Shown here in pieces: positions 48,401 through 62,653 of a DNA stretch of 64,000 bases; position 1 is the stretch's first letter; every line of letters starts with the position of its first letter. Source of the stretch: Raillietiella orientalis (Eukaryota); the NCBI GenBank assembly GCA_036172245.1, contig JAYWIR010000006.1:5580001-5644000 (forward strand). The letters are read 5' to 3'. Below the pieces are notes generated by a model. It was given only the letters and a program-made list of their open reading frames with translations. It made no database searches and was not told the DNA's origin. The translations under genes and the position numbers were made by a program.

Positions 48401-51400
48401 GGCAACGCAATCCATGAGAGAGTGCAGGAGGAACCCTCTCTCGCTGCACCTGCCGCAGTTAAGACTCACCTCCTCCGCCGGGTTCGATTGTGTCGGCGGG
48501 CGTTACACGGGAGGCTCCACTGCAACAGCACCGCCGAGAAATGGGGAGTGCGTCGTGAGTTACCCGCGCGGAGAAAAGGGGGAGGCGAAAGGCCAGTTCG
48601 CTCACCGGCAGCCCCGCACGATTCTCTGTTGCCAGAAGCGAACTAGGCCTTCGCCACTTCTCCGCAGTGCTGCCGGAGCTGGACCCGGGAAGCACCCTCG
48701 ATGCCTCTGCCTCCTCCCGCGGCTCTCCGCTTGCGAAGGTTTCCTAGCGGAGCCCGAGGGCAGTCCTCCCACCACCCAACTTCCCCCCTTCCGAGTCTCC
48801 ACCCCCCATCGCTGACGAGATGGGCGCCGGCATGGCTCGCGCCTTCGTCTTCCGCGCGCCCTCTCGCGACCCTCCACTGGCTCCGAGACGCCCCTAGGGC
48901 GGCTTCTCGCTCCCCGGGGCCTCTCCGGCCGTCCATATGACCTGTGGGTGTCGGGAGGAAGCGGCCACCTTCTCGGACTTCTCGTCCACCTGCGGCGTCC
49001 CCCGTGCCAGCCACGTCGGGCTGCTCCGTTGCGGCCCGAAGGGCCGCCTTTCTCACGTGCGGCATGCAGCAGCCGCCTCAACCACCCGTCCCGAGGTCCT
49101 TCCGGAGTTCCTCCGTTTGCAAGGGACCCCTCCGCGTGGGTGCCTCAGAGAGGATTCCTCCCTGCTTTCCCTGCGTTGGGCGTGACTTCAGGGGAAGCTG
49201 CCGCGAGACGTCCCGAGACGCCACGCCCACGGCGCACCCTCCGCTACCCCGAAGGGGATCATCCGCCCTCGGAGGGGTCTCTGAAGTCTCTGTGGCAGCT
49301 TTGCTCGGCGATCCCCCCCTTCGTCTCGCGTGACTCCCATCCCAGACAACGGGAACCTCTCGTTGCCCGGGATGCAGCCAGCACGTCTGCCGAAGCCTCC
49401 TCCTGCCGGGACCCGCGCGCCTAAAAGCATGGGAGAAGCCTCTCCGCGCTGGCAGATCGGACTTCGTCGTGCCCACCTCGGAGCTCGATCTTCCCCGCCT
49501 TCCCTCCTCCCCCGAGAGTCCTGTCCCTACCGCAGGCGCCGATCATGACCAGGGACTTCTGGGTGCGCCTTTCTTCGTGGACTTCTTCCCAGACTGCCCT
49601 CGGGAGCCCGCCCACACCTTCGGCGCTTTCCCAAAGAGGTCACTCCCAAGAGGACACGCTGCCCCTCAGCGAGTCACATTCCTGGCCCTCGCTACCCTCG
49701 CGGCCAGCCTCTCAAAGGGACCTGGCGGCTCCTTGCTTGCCCTCGAGGGTCGTCCGGATCGAATGTCTCGGGGGAAAACCGGTCAAATCTGAATCTGACC
49801 TGTCTTCCCCTCCCATCCGAGAGCATGTCTCCCAGGGAGGGTAGAGACCTCCAGCGCTCACCCATTTCTCTCTCCTCCCATCTCCTGCCAACAACTTCTC
49901 CCGGCGGCTCCTCGGGGGGCCCCCGAAAGCAGCCCGACTCCGGGCGTTCCCGGAAGCGCAGAGGCCCAATGCCTGGGTCGGCGGGTCGGCTCCAGACCGA
50001 GACTGTTCCCTTCCTGTAAAGTGGGCATCCCGGAGGCGCGTTGCCTCCAGCGCCCTCGGATGTTCCCTGAGCGACGATCGGAAGCTCGAGGAAGTTGCGA
50101 ATGGGCGTGCCGGTGTTCTTCCCGAAGCGCAGGGGACGAGAAGCGTGGTGTGCCTGGCGCTCAAGTGCGGGGAGGCCTCTGGGAGTCCGTGAGAACTCCT
50201 CCTGACCCCGGAAGGTCACCCTCGCGACCCTGCTCCTTTTCCTTCCCTTCCCTCCTGTGCGAGGGAACAGCGCTGCCCCGCGGACAGGAACGCTGCCTCG
50301 GCGCCCCGCGGGTCCGGTGAGTCATGCGAGAGCGGCGGTTGTCCCTGGATACGGAGAGAGTCGCTGACAGGAGGGAGTGATCCGAGGGAGAAATGGGGCG
50401 GGAGATGAAAGAGGGACGCTGCCCTCAAGGGAGTATCTTCTCCCGGTCTCGGGAGGCAGCACAGAGCTTCCCGCCGCCGTCCCTCTCTCCTTCACGACGT
50501 CGTAATCTCCACGGAAACGCCTTGCTCTGGAGGGGGAAGTCCAGCTTATCTGCCGGACCACCCCTGAATCCCTCGCTGCCACCCTCCCGTCCTTAGAGCC
50601 CTCAAGGATTCGGGTGAAGTCCCGTGGGTCTTCCTCGGCGGCGAATGCGCCCGTTTCCACGGCAATTCGCGGGGAGGCTGCTGCTGTCCTCCGGAAGAGG
50701 AGGAAGCAGGATTTCGGGACCGCCTGGGGAGGGGCTCCGTCTCTTCCCTAGAGGTCGAGCAGATCCCTGGTGCAGGATAAATCGTAAAAACCTTTGTAGA
50801 CTGGCTCCGCGTTTCCGAGGCAACTGCGGTCCACGAGGACAGATTTCTGCGATGGCTCTCCTTGACGCCGGGGAGCTGGGGGAAGACGGTCGCTGGAGGC
50901 TTCCTCGTTCCTCCCTGATCCCGTCACCCTCCTGCCCGCAGTCCTGGCTCTTTGAGGGGCAAGAGGAAGGTCCTCCGTCTTCCAGCGCGCTGTCTTTCCA
51001 AACGCCCGGAAGGCCCAGCCCGCTTCGTGGCGTCCCTTGCGCCCGTCCCCCCTGGAGCCCGCAGTCTGTCCCCTCCGAACCTGTAGAGGGCGTCCTGAGA
51101 GGAGAGAACGCGGCACTGCCGCTCGCGAGGCGGCCGTGACCGCTGCGGCCCCGGGACGAAATCCGAAATGGAGGGGTGGGCAGCGATCGGAAGGCTTCGC
51201 TCTTGCAGTGGGCGCGTCGTGGCCTTCAGGGCACCTATCCAAGGCAGCGGTTACTCCGCCCTCCGCTCGAAACAGGCGAAGAACCTCCTCTTCCGATTCT
51301 CTTGCTGGCACCCTTCGTCGGGAGATTGGTGTGCCAGCGCCTCGCCAGGAATAAAATGGAAGATGGCTTTCTGTCTGACCTTGAGTTCATTGGCTCAAAT

Positions 51401-54400
51401 TGCAAAAGAAATTAAGCACATGGACTTCGTCAAACGTAGAACAATTGTCCATAAATTTCAATGCCAACAAGTCTCTTGAGGAAGTACCGATTATTCCATT
51501 CTGTCCGTGACCTTCTGATGTAGGAAGCTGCGGAAAAAAAAAAAAAGATACGATAAAAATTTTGGACATAGCAATCTACTTTTATGAAGTGTGTTTCAAG
51601 GAGGGGGAGGGCCAGGAGAGGGGTAGTGGAATTTATTTCCAGCGTCATAATAGTAAAGCGGAAAGAAAGGTGAAATTTGAAAAAGAAAAATAAAATAGTT
51701 TAGAACTTAAGCAATTTCAGTTCCTCTTTGAGGTTGCTGCATACTTTTTGAAATATCGTTTGCACGTATGCCTGAAGCCGAAGTACATGAAAACCACAAA
51801 TTGCATTAGGTTGAGAACGAAATGCTACTACGTAGGAGGCATAATTGCATAACCGCAAAGTTAAATATGCGCCGTACTGAAATTCAAAAAAAAAAAAAGC
51901 ATCTGGCAACACCGAATGCATTGTTGCTAGCTAAAACATTGTGAGATATCCGTACGCGCCATGTTGATTTGTGATCGAGCTGCTCCAATTCAGCGTGCCT
52001 ACAGTGCTGAAAAATTTTCATTCCCCATTAACTACGGAAGCGGAGGACCAAGGAAACTTATTTAGTCAATCCATCAAACTTATTTAGTTTTGATTAGAAA
52101 GGTAAGGAAGCCCAAATCTCATATCGAAGCACGCTGTGCATGCACAAAGAGTCGTCATACGAAAGGCCCCAAAAACGAAATCATTTCATCCGTAGCTGCA
52201 CGTACACACACACACACACACACATAGGTACACATGCTCATGAAATTGAATTTTTCGAGACTGAAGGAATTCATGCTGCCATCTTCAATACATTATTGTT
52301 CTATGATCTGAGGATGAAAGAAGCCAATGCATGATTTACAACACCTCATGGCGCCAGAGAAGACGGAACGAGGAAAAAAAAAAAAAGAAAGCTGCCATTA
52401 AATTTCGCCACTGATCATTCAGAAGTCCTCTCCTAAGCAAATTATTCACAGCGCTGTGACGTTAGCAGCTGCCCGTGAAACCGAAGACGATTTTTCTATC
52501 CCGACGATCCATCCCCTGGCGGCGGTTGCTCGAGTCCTCCAGACGATGACTCCATGACTCTCGACGGATGCATTCATTAAATTCTTAATGGTGTGAGGAC
52601 GAAGATTCACGCCGATGCGCCCGAAGTGTGATGTCGAGACGCGCGCACGAAAACACCCCGATATCATCGGTACTGCGAATTTACTGTTAATCAATCATCC
52701 GGATGGTGTCTCGGGACTTTATTTTCGAAAAGTCGCCTCCGAGAAAGGGGACGCCGAACGGGAACGCTCGCGCTTCGGAATAGTTTCTTTCGTTCAATTA
52801 ATTCTCCTAGGTACGTGGCCCTAATAAGGACGCTCGCCAGGGAAGTGGCGCGGATGACGCTCGACGCCCGTGCCTTGCCGTCGCCCACACTTCGCTAATT
52901 CGTGCGAGCGGCGTCGGACGCGTGACGAGCGAAACTTCTGCCGCCTCCGAATTCCGATGGCCGGCCGTGGCCAAACCCAATTGCCTCCCGGGGATTCCCC
53001 CGTGGGAACTCGCATTTCGTGTCCGAGAGCGCCCGGGATGCTCTCGCGTTTTGGTACCGCGCGGCACACCACGCCAAGAGCTTCGGGTCGTTTGTTACTG
53101 CCAGAAGAGGAAACCGTTCCGGTGATCGAGGGTTGGCAATGGCCGGCGTGCCTTTCGCGGGAAACGGACGTTCCGACAGTCGGGAAGGCCTGGGCAGGGA
53201 TGCTGGCGAATAAAGCAGTTTCTGGAAGTTCAAGTCGAAATCGATCCCGGGCTCGTATTGGCGCCCATTCGAGATGCGCCATGTTTTCAAGAATGATAGT
53301 CCTCTACCACTGATCCGATTGCGGATTGCTTGCCTTACACGCCGCATCGATCTGATTGGACAACCGAGCGGTTGATTTCCCTAAAATCCGAATTTCTCGA
53401 GCTCTTCCTGTCGAAGGTCTGGCTGAGTCGGTTCTTAAGGGAAACCCGATTTCCGATCCCTTCCGCATCTTCGAAGAGAGCAGGCAGTTCTGGATCTGAA
53501 AGCATCGTATCTTCTGCGTATTGGGGAGCACGCCTCAGATCTTCTGTCTCATCTTCAGCCCGAGCCACAGGCGGAGGAGGCTCTGTTTCCGAAGACGAGG
53601 CTCATTTCTAGGTGTAGCACTCACAAGAAACTGGCTGTTGCCGCCTGCATAGGGTCCTGGAGACCGACTAAAATTACAGCAGACTCCTAACAGTCTTCGC
53701 GCTTGACTATCGCATGGGTTCTTTCTCTTTTTCGTCTGCAAAATCATTTCTCCCCGTGCAGCTGTCAAAAACAAAACAAATCAAAAAAAAAGGGTGCGCT
53801 TGTGACTCTACCCGGTAAATCAACAAAATTTCGGACGAAGTGGGTTTCAAGTAGGCAAGTAGGAACCTGAAGCTATAAGATTCTGCTTTGTGGCTCGTGA
53901 GACTTTAACGTATCCTCTTAGAAAGAAGAAAACATGCATAGGAGGAGAGCTTTCCCACTTCCTAAACCTAGAAAGTAAAAATGAAATATACACGAGGATT
54001 TTATTTATTTATTTTTTGCAACCGCCACTCAAAGAGGCGACGTCTGTCCTGCTGAAAACAGACTCCAAACCGTACACAAGTGACCACTCTCACTAGTACG
54101 TGATGCACGAGCGCCGCAAATTAGGGGAGACAACGAACAGGAAGACACATTCCTCGGGAGCCTGCGGCTGCTGCTTCTCTTCCCCTCCGATCTCTCTTCG
54201 TTCCTTTGTGGCCACCGTTCCTCGTGCTCAGCTGTTGACTCGCATGGGGAACGGATTTGTGGATCGGCGGGTGCAAGAAGGAGTCGAGCGCACAGGGCCG
54301 CGCGCGGGCAGCAGTCGGATTTTTAACCCGACGTGGTGAGTCGGCACCCTATGCAAGCTCACCCCAAAATGGGACGGCAAATGGAAACCTGGTGGCGTCC

Positions 54401-54566
54401 CGGAAGCCACCGCAGGACCCTACCGCGGCGTTTCCCAAACCGGGACTTTCCCGCGGAACGCCAGTGTTCCGCGGAAAGCCGACCAGTGTTACGTGGGAGA
54501 ATGTGAAAACTTTACATAATTAAAAGAATTTGAGAATCAGTGTTTGCTTTGTTTCCTTAACTCTCA

Positions 54567-55203
54567 TGTTTACTTGCGTGATTTATTTGTTCTTAATATC
54601 TACCTACCCTACAAAATAATCAAGATACTCCTTTCAAAATGTCAGGATTTGTGAAGTGTTCCGCCATAGGAAAAGTTTCGGAAAGGCTGCCCTAAGGAAT
54701 GCTTAGAATTTTCCGCTTAGTTGACTGTGAGGAACTTAAATTAGTAGTAAACAGCGTACACAGCCATTTGTTTGTAAACAGCTTACTGTTTGCTCAAGAG
54801 GAGGAGCAAGCTGTTAGATTTGCTACCCGGAAAGCGCATTAATGCAAAGTTGCCAGCTCGTGGCCATTGGTGGCTGTCGCACCATTTTGCTCCAACCTGC
54901 AAAACCTCCAAGACCGAGTTCTGTTGGCGGCCGTGAGAGCCACTTGCCGAAGGAGTCCGAACCGGACGTCCACATCTGAGGGCTCCATTTCGGGGACCTT
55001 GGTAGAAGCGAACTGGACCAAATGCACACAGACTGTGCGACTCTCCGATTTCAGCAAATTTTCGATCATGACAAAGTATGCGATGGAAGAAAGAAGGGGA
55101 GGAGGAAAGGAAAGGAAAGGAAAGGAAAAAAAAAGAAAAAAAAACGCTGTCTTTCTGGTGGAGAGAACCTTTTCCAGACTCTAAAACCGAACCGTCTGTT
55201 TAC
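54567..55203. promoter_or_regulatory. Cluster of FoxO/forkhead core motifs (GTAAACA / TGTTTAC)
   Basis: Exact cores at 54567-54573, 54747-54753, 54774-54780 and 55197-55203, plus near matches (TGTTTGC, TGTTTGT). Function is not shown. Confidence 0.4.
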
Positions 55204-55820
55204 CTACCGGCATCGAAACGCGTGTTTTCTAGATGCCAGTGTTCATCTCTAAGCGTGTACCGCGAGCACAGGCAAATTTATCTGCTACGGAACTTTAAGA
55301 ATAAAGAAATAATTAAAATGAACGGTGAATCGGAATAAAGCTCCGTTGTGAAAATATAAAGCATGAATAAGGAGGCTATCACGATGATAGACGTTCGGTT
55401 CCCAAATATGCAGTTCATTGCAAGAGTTTATGAGGCTGTAAAGCAATCAAATGCTTCACATAATGGAAGCTTTTCTTTCACATGAATGCGTGATATATGC
55501 TTTTATTTTTACCACAAGCAAAGTTTAATTCCTGCTCCTCAAATACGAACACGGGATGATATGATTTAAAGATCGTTCGAGTGGAGCACGGAGAGGAAAC
55601 TGGTCTACGCGGTGGATCAACAGTGCCAGAGAGACAATCAAACAGCGAGTGGACAGTGGTGAATCAGAATGGGGCGAGCCCTGGACTCCGGTGCTGCGGC
55701 CACGTCGGCGGTGTTCCTCCACGTTTCTTAAAGCCCAGACAAACATCGGCGATGCGCCCCAGGATGTACTTGTTGAGGGCGATGATGAATCAGCACCGCG
55801 CTGATTAATACAAAAATGCG

Positions 55821-55851
<31 letters not shown>

Positions 55852-58800
55852 TGTGTGTGCGTATGTGTGCGTGTGTGAACACATGCACATTCATGAAGTT
55901 GTATGAGCTCCCTTCTCCGAAAGCGCTCTTCCCTCTGATTCTCTCCGAAGTAAGAGTTGAGTGGCTGCGAGTGACGTCCCACTTTCTCAGTTATCAACAG
56001 GGCACGAGGCAAAACTCGTGTTGGTTTAGACAGAACTGGGATGCAACACGGAAGTACAAACGATTCACACTACACATATCTTCACTTTATGTAATTGGGG
56101 TCCCCTGTTATACGCGAGCACACATGCAAGGCTGTGTCGGCTAATGAACTCGTTAAGTTTAAACATCTGCCCAACTTTCGCCTCTCGGCCTGGCAGAGTC
56201 AGTTCCACGGCAACCCATGCCACGGAAATGCTGATTGAAATTTTACGCGAAGCTGGGATTGCGAATCGAGTCTTCTTCTAGCTGAGGTCCACGGATGATT
56301 CGACGAGCGCCTTTTCCTTCATGGCGGGGGAGGGGAGAGGGAGAGAGAGAGAGAGAGAGAAAAAAAAATTATCCCCCTTAATTCGTAGGCGCAAGAAGGA
56401 GGAAAGGCCCGTTGGGAGAACGCGCGAGCCCCCTGTAACGAGTATCTACGCGCCCCCGCCCACGCGGCATGGCCTGTCTATGCTGCAGTGTAAATAGCCC
56501 TCGATCTAGCAGGCGGCTGACTCACTTCAGGAATCGCGGAGATTTTCGTGGCGCTTATCTGCTCACCAGACTCCCTCACGATGTACTCCGGATAAAGCCA
56601 AGCCGCGTTTACCATCGCCATCGCATAGTCCAGTGCTCCGATCCTGGGTTTCCTTCTTTCATAGCTGTTGCATCATTAAATACCGATTCTGCGTCCTGAA
56701 AATGGCGATCTGATTGCAGCCTTTCGAAGGGGCCTCTTAGGCATCAACCATTCCATGAAATGTACCTTGGATGTGTCCTAGGATCAGAGACCCCGGCTTT
56801 CGGCATTCCCGCGGAAAGCACAGTAAAAATGTTGGCATGATTGGTGTTTGTTCCGTGTGCCAGCCCATTCGCAGAGAAGCCGTTCTTTCAAGAGATGAGT
56901 CCCTTTCTATCGAAATGCACTTGTACGTATCCTGATTATGGACATGGGCGAATTTATCACGATTCTCGGAGCGATCCCCATTTTCGGAAACGCGACCGTG
57001 CAGTCAAGTCGTCCGAGCTACACGTGGCCCAATTCAGGACTTTCGGACCGAGGAAGCCGAAATGCCAAGAGTCGTCGAAATGTGGTCTCGGCGAGGCAGC
57101 TGGACCGCACGAAAATACGCGCCGCCGCTGCACTCTCCAGGATTGGCTTCACTCCATTCTGAGTGCCTCGGTCTCGGTGAAAATCGATTTCGCAAGACCG
57201 AACTGCCCACGTCTTGTGGCTCGCAACAGATATGGCTTGTGGCAACGAAAGGGGTGGCAGAATTACCTGGGTTCTGCTTCACCTTTCGCACGTGTAAATA
57301 TTTACAGGTCAGCATGTCCGAGAACGCACACACGTAAGATGATGATGCTTCTCTTTCGAAGCCTGCCGCTGGCTGTAAGGGACATCTTCGGCAACTCCTG
57401 GGGTCCGCAGGCATCAATGCTTTCCTCAGTGACTGGCCTTTTGCAAATCCCTTTTCACGTTTCCCGCATTCCAGAGTACTTTGGGTTTAAGGGTCTTCCA
57501 CCCTCTTTTCCGGTTTTCCAAAAACGTGTGCTGTGAAGATCGAAGGATTTTGCTCAAGAGACAAAATCAAAGGAGATGAACGCGAAATTTTCATCTGTGC
57601 GTGGATCGTGGCGTGTTGTTCTTGGGACGGCCTTCTTCCGTAGGTCAGCCTCATTCCATTGCAGAGGATCAGATTCATTGCGTGGGTTAGTGTGAGCGAC
57701 GAAGAATGTTGGGAATTCGGAAAGGTGAGGAAGGAGATGAGACGTTGCCTGGGAGATAACCGCGAGATCGGTCCAGCGAGTAGGAGAAGAATGAATCGTG
57801 CAGCAATGAAGCAGAGCAGCACGTCGCGAAGCTGGCGGGGAACCAGTGCCGGCTGCCTCCTCGCTTTTCGGACGGTAAGCTTTTCAAATCCTTCGCAGGA
57901 ATTACGGGAGAGTTCAGCTGTAGCATGAGAACACCTAGGCGCAGGAGATGGGAGCTGACGCCTTTGCCTTCGTCTTTTATTTCTTGCTGAGCTGCTCGCA
58001 GCTGCTCCGTTTCAAGCTTTTCACGTTTGCTGAAAGTCTCCGATTAGCTCCACATCGCCTTCTCCTCCCTCCCTTTCCCTTGGAACAAGGGAGCATTTTG
58101 TTAAATGAACTCAGCAGCTCCGTTTGCGTGCTCGCTGCGGATTTCTGGAATTTTTCCCCCATCCCGTCTTGCCACCTTCATCCTCAAACTCCCACTCAGA
58201 ATTTCCTTAGTTCGAGAGACTCCCTCCCATTTCCTCGGCCCTGCCTCTGCTCACCCTCCCCGAGTCGGGCCTCGAAGCATGCCCCAGGCCTCGCAACTAC
58301 GCTTTTCGAGTATTTGGTTGCGATTGTGGATCGGTTGTGAGTCTGCCTGCTCTGATTTGGATTCATTTATAGCTGTCTCCTCTCAATCTTTCTTCCTCTC
58401 TCCTTTTCCTTCTTCCTCCTCCTCCCTGTAACGGAGGAAGATTTCCTTCAAGTGTGCCCTGCGAAGCCAACTTCGAACCGTGACACGGACTTTGACTCTC
58501 GAGCGCGGGCACAATTCCCCAGTGTTGGTCCTTAGCGTTCCTTGCATTTTCTTTGTTCCCTCGGCAGGAACAACATTCTTTTCAGATCAAACCGAGCAGC
58601 AGCAAAGCTGGGAATCTGCTGGAAATTCGGGAGGAACGAGGAAGCCGGGTGTGGGGGGCAGCGAATGAGGGAGTCCCGGAAGGCTATGCGGCACCTCTGC
58701 AAGCGGACCAGAGGAATCCTCATTCGATCGCCAGCGATGAACAAATGCCATCATCGTCTTCTGCGGCAGCACGCTGCCAGTGCCAAGATCACGAAGGTGA

Positions 58801-61800
58801 TCTTGCGGGGAAATTCTCCGCCGGACGCATCGTCGAGCGACGAGCCCCCCCGAAGAACTCGTGATCCCTTTTCTGCGTGCAGACACTTCGGCGTTTCCGT
58901 TGCGTTGCAAACGGGGCGTGCTGCTGTTTCTTCGTTGGGGTTTCCAGTGCAATCACAGCGTTGGCACCTCGTTTCCGGGAGAGTTGCGTCCCCAGACTGT
59001 TTGTGGTGCGGGACGATGGAACCATTCCCGCGCCTGCCGTTGGACCAGCAGGGTTGCCTTCCGAGAAGACTGAGACGGAGGCTGCCATCGAGGCTCTTGC
59101 GCTCTGAGGACAGAGCCAAGGAGAGCTGCTGAGGAGATGCTTCGCGCGAGGCGGAGTCTCGTCACGAGCCGTGTCGTGATCGGCAAGAGATGCTGCATTC
59201 GCACCACAGTCGCACATCTCGCCATGTGCTGAGAATCTCGGGCTCAGCAAAGGGAGGCTGCCCACATGGCAGCGGCCTACACGAGGACGGCGGAGAGGTG
59301 GAAGAAGTCTCCGGGGAGATCGCCACCACTCCGCGTTGGTTGTGGGAAAGATGTGGTAGCATCAAAGAGTCCTGCCCCTTTTTTTCGAGATTGTTTGCTG
59401 TCCTCTCCTTCCCCACTCCGAAATTTTTGGCCTGCTTGTCGGCGAACCCTCCCCCGAACTTTCCTTCCGTTGTTTTCGGGAACTGCGTTTGCTTATTTAT
59501 TTATTTTTTAAAGTGAATGCCCCTGCTTGACCGGGTGAAAACAGGAGCGATGAATGGAAGCGGCAAACTCTCAGTCGCCGGGTTCCCTTCGCTTCGGAAG
59601 ACACCGTCTCCGTCACCCAGAGCGCGCATGGAGACCTCGGTTGAACTTGGCAACGGAGTTGTCATCGCCACCCGAAGTGCTTCAGAAGGCTAGCAGCCAG
59701 CAGTAGCCACGGTGCACACGGCGATCATGGAATAAGGCAAGAGGATGAATCGTCCACACACGGTGACTTGCCGGCTGTTGTCCATCAGGTCGCGTGGGAT
59801 CGCACGGGCCTAGACTTTGGACGATTCTGCCGTGTTGGCGTTTCGGCTCCGCGGAGCGCCAACCGGCGTGCCGCTCCAAGTCCGAGTCGACGGCGCAACG
59901 ACAGCTTGCGGGGGAGCTCCCACCCGGCCGTTCCTCGAGAGGACGTCTTCTGCTTCTTCTTCCCGTTCGAAGGGAGACTCTCTCTCCGGGACGTGCCACT
60001 CAACTTTTGAAAGGATGGCGACCGAGGTGCTCCCGCTGGACACCCGCGCGCGGAAGCGGCTGCGCGCCGGAGGGTGGCGGGCGCAGTGGTGACCACGCAC
60101 CCTGAGGACTCTTCTTGCCCTTTACAACTGGCGGCGCCGGCGGAAGAGCCCTCTCTCCGCCTGGAAGGATCTCGGAAGCGAAGCCCCGGAGACGGGAGCG
60201 GGAAGTCCGCCGAGCTGACATCCGCGACGTGCTCCGAAGATGCAAATTTCTGTGCCTCTTCTTGATGGCTCCTGTCGGATCAGCCTGGACGCGCGTATTT
60301 CCTTCCGAGTCATTACGCGGGACGACAACAAAGGAGTCCTCGATGCATCAAGCCGATAAAGCCCGGACCATGGAACGGGAAGTGGAGGAGAGGGAAAAAA
60401 GAGAAAGAAAAAATCTGCAGAATCTCGTCTTTTCCCGTCTGGAGACTTTATGAGTAGCCTAGGCAACGCCGAAACGATTACCGAGGGGTCCCCAGCTGGA
60501 CGCTCGAATTTACATATAAATTCGCGCGGAATTCCCCCCCCCCTCCTCCTCCTCCTCTTCGCCAAGCGATTTCCTTCGAGGAAACGGATCCCCATGAAAG
60601 CCGTCCCTCATTTTCTCCCGTCTTTCCCTCATAATTTTCCGATAGGGCCACGGGGCGGCCGCGCTCCCGTTCGCGTTTCGGGGAGCGAGTCGGGAAAGTC
60701 GTGTGTCCCTCCGCTAACCCAGTCGATTCCTCCCCCTCCCCTTCACTTCCTCCTCCTCCTCGTTTCCTCTTTCTTCCCTTTTTCTTTCCTTTTTCTTCCC
60801 CCTTTTTTTTCGGGGCAGCGTCATGCGCTCCCGATCGGATGCGGCGGCAGGCGGCGGCGGGCTCTCTCCCCCCTTCGGACATGGCCGGATCATTACCGGT
60901 TCCTGGCGCGTGTGCCGCATCCTCCCGGACCGAAGCCTCGTCCCCATCTCGTCCGGACGATTCTCCTCCTCCCCCTCCCCTCGCTCTCCCCCATCCATCC
61001 ATAAATTTCGGATGTGCCGCAGTAAATCAGCCGTAGTTTCAACAAATGACCGCTTATTGGGGACGAAGGGGACGGGCGGCGAGGGGGAACCTGGGAGCAG
61101 AGAAGCAGCGCGGTCAGCGAATCTCCGCGTCGGATGAGGGAGCGCGCACGAGCCGGGACGGGTGCAGAGCGGAGGGCGGGCGAAGGAGGAACGAGAGGAC
61201 CGCGGCCATTGCAGCGACCTGTCCGACCGAGAGAAGGTTGCGGGATGGACAGGGGTCATCCGGAAGCAGCAGGGGAGAGGGAGGGCATGAGCGCTCCAGA
61301 CTGATAGCGGGTAGGGAAGGGAAGGGGGAGGGAGTCGGCACTCGAGCGTCAGTAGCTGCACCCTTTCCCCCTGACCTCCTCCCCACTGGCTTGTGGCCAG
61401 GCCAATAGGATCCGCGTGTCTGACCTACGGGAGCTCGAGATGCAGCCAACGCTCCCGGAGCACGGCCCCATCCCGCCGCATGCATGAGGCATCGTCAAAC
61501 CGCCGCTGCCGCCGCCGCCTCTGCTGCTGCTGCTGCTGCGCGCGCACGTGTATGCATGCGTGGATCCCTTCGCCGAAGAAGATGTGCCTTCCGTTGCTGC
61601 GATACCGGCGGATACAGAGACTCCGCTTCTCCTCCTCCCTTCCCTGGTAGCGGGAGGGCCCACGGCTCCCCCCTCTGAGAGCTCGCCGACCTCGGGAAGG
61701 GCAACGAGGAAGGCGCCAGCAGGAAGAGGAGCCGCGCGCCAGCCCGGAGAGGTGGGGCCGAGCGAGGCTGCCGATTCCTCCCCCGCCTTCTCCCCGCGAT

Positions 61801-62653
61801 CTCTCTCCTCCCGGGGAGCGGGGAGAGACCGCGGGTTCGCCTTTCCCTTCCCCTCCCCTCGCGCCCTTCCTGTGTCATCCACACTCGGGCTGCACCTGCG
61901 ACCTCACGCAGTTCAACGCGCGCGCACGGGAGGAGGGGACGGCGGGGGGAACAAAGGAAACAGGTGCGTCCCGGGCGTGTGGGGGAAGAGAGCTCCCGGG
62001 GCCCGTTGCGCCCCCCTCCCATCTCCCCTCCTCTGCCCGCCTTCCCGGAGGAAAGAAAGGGCCGTCTCCCGTGGGAAACCCGCCTCAGTCCGACCCCCGC
62101 GGACCTCCTGAGGGAGGGGACGGGGGAGCGAAAGGCTCGCGGCAGGAAAGGAGGAAGTTTCCTCCCGCGTTCCCTGGAGGCTCCCGTGGTTGTCCTCTCT
62201 AGGGGAGCAGACGGTCTTCGACCCCTAAGTGGTAGCGGGGGGAGGGGGTCGTCGAGCCGCGCGCGTGGATGCCGCCCAGGAGGCGGCAGTTTCTCGCAGG
62301 CACCACACTCGCTCGTGAGGTGTCGGTCAGGGGAGCGCTTCCTCCCCCTCCTCCATCCCCTCTCCCCTCTCTTGCTGGAAAGAAGGAAGGAAGGAATAGG
62401 AGGAGGAGGAGGAGGAGGAGAGAGAGAGAGAGGTGGGGGAGAGCCCAGCGAGAGAGAGGCTGCCGCAGCATCGGCGGCTGCGGAGCGCGTTCGGGCCTGC
62501 GCAGTGGCGACTCTCGGCGGCTGCGGCTGCTGGCTGAGCGGTAGCGGCGGCGGCGGCGACGCTCGGCGGCGGCGGCCGGGGCGCCGCGCGCGCGGCTCAC
62601 CACGTGGCTCCAGTCGCGCGGCCGAGCTCGGCGGACGCCAACATGCTCGCGCC

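Noticed and set aside
56841..57536. 231-aa ORF in moderately GC-rich DNA
   Set aside because: Non-ATG start, and no recognisable motifs or supporting splice structure.
59600..59800. Possible RT remnant on the minus strand ('CVDD...LLKHFGW')
   Set aside because: Too short and degenerate to call without a profile search.
61964..62653. Upstream extension of the FoxO B ORF (track start 61964)
   Set aside because: Starts at a non-ATG codon and is low complexity; the first in-frame ATG, at 62654, has a strong Kozak context.
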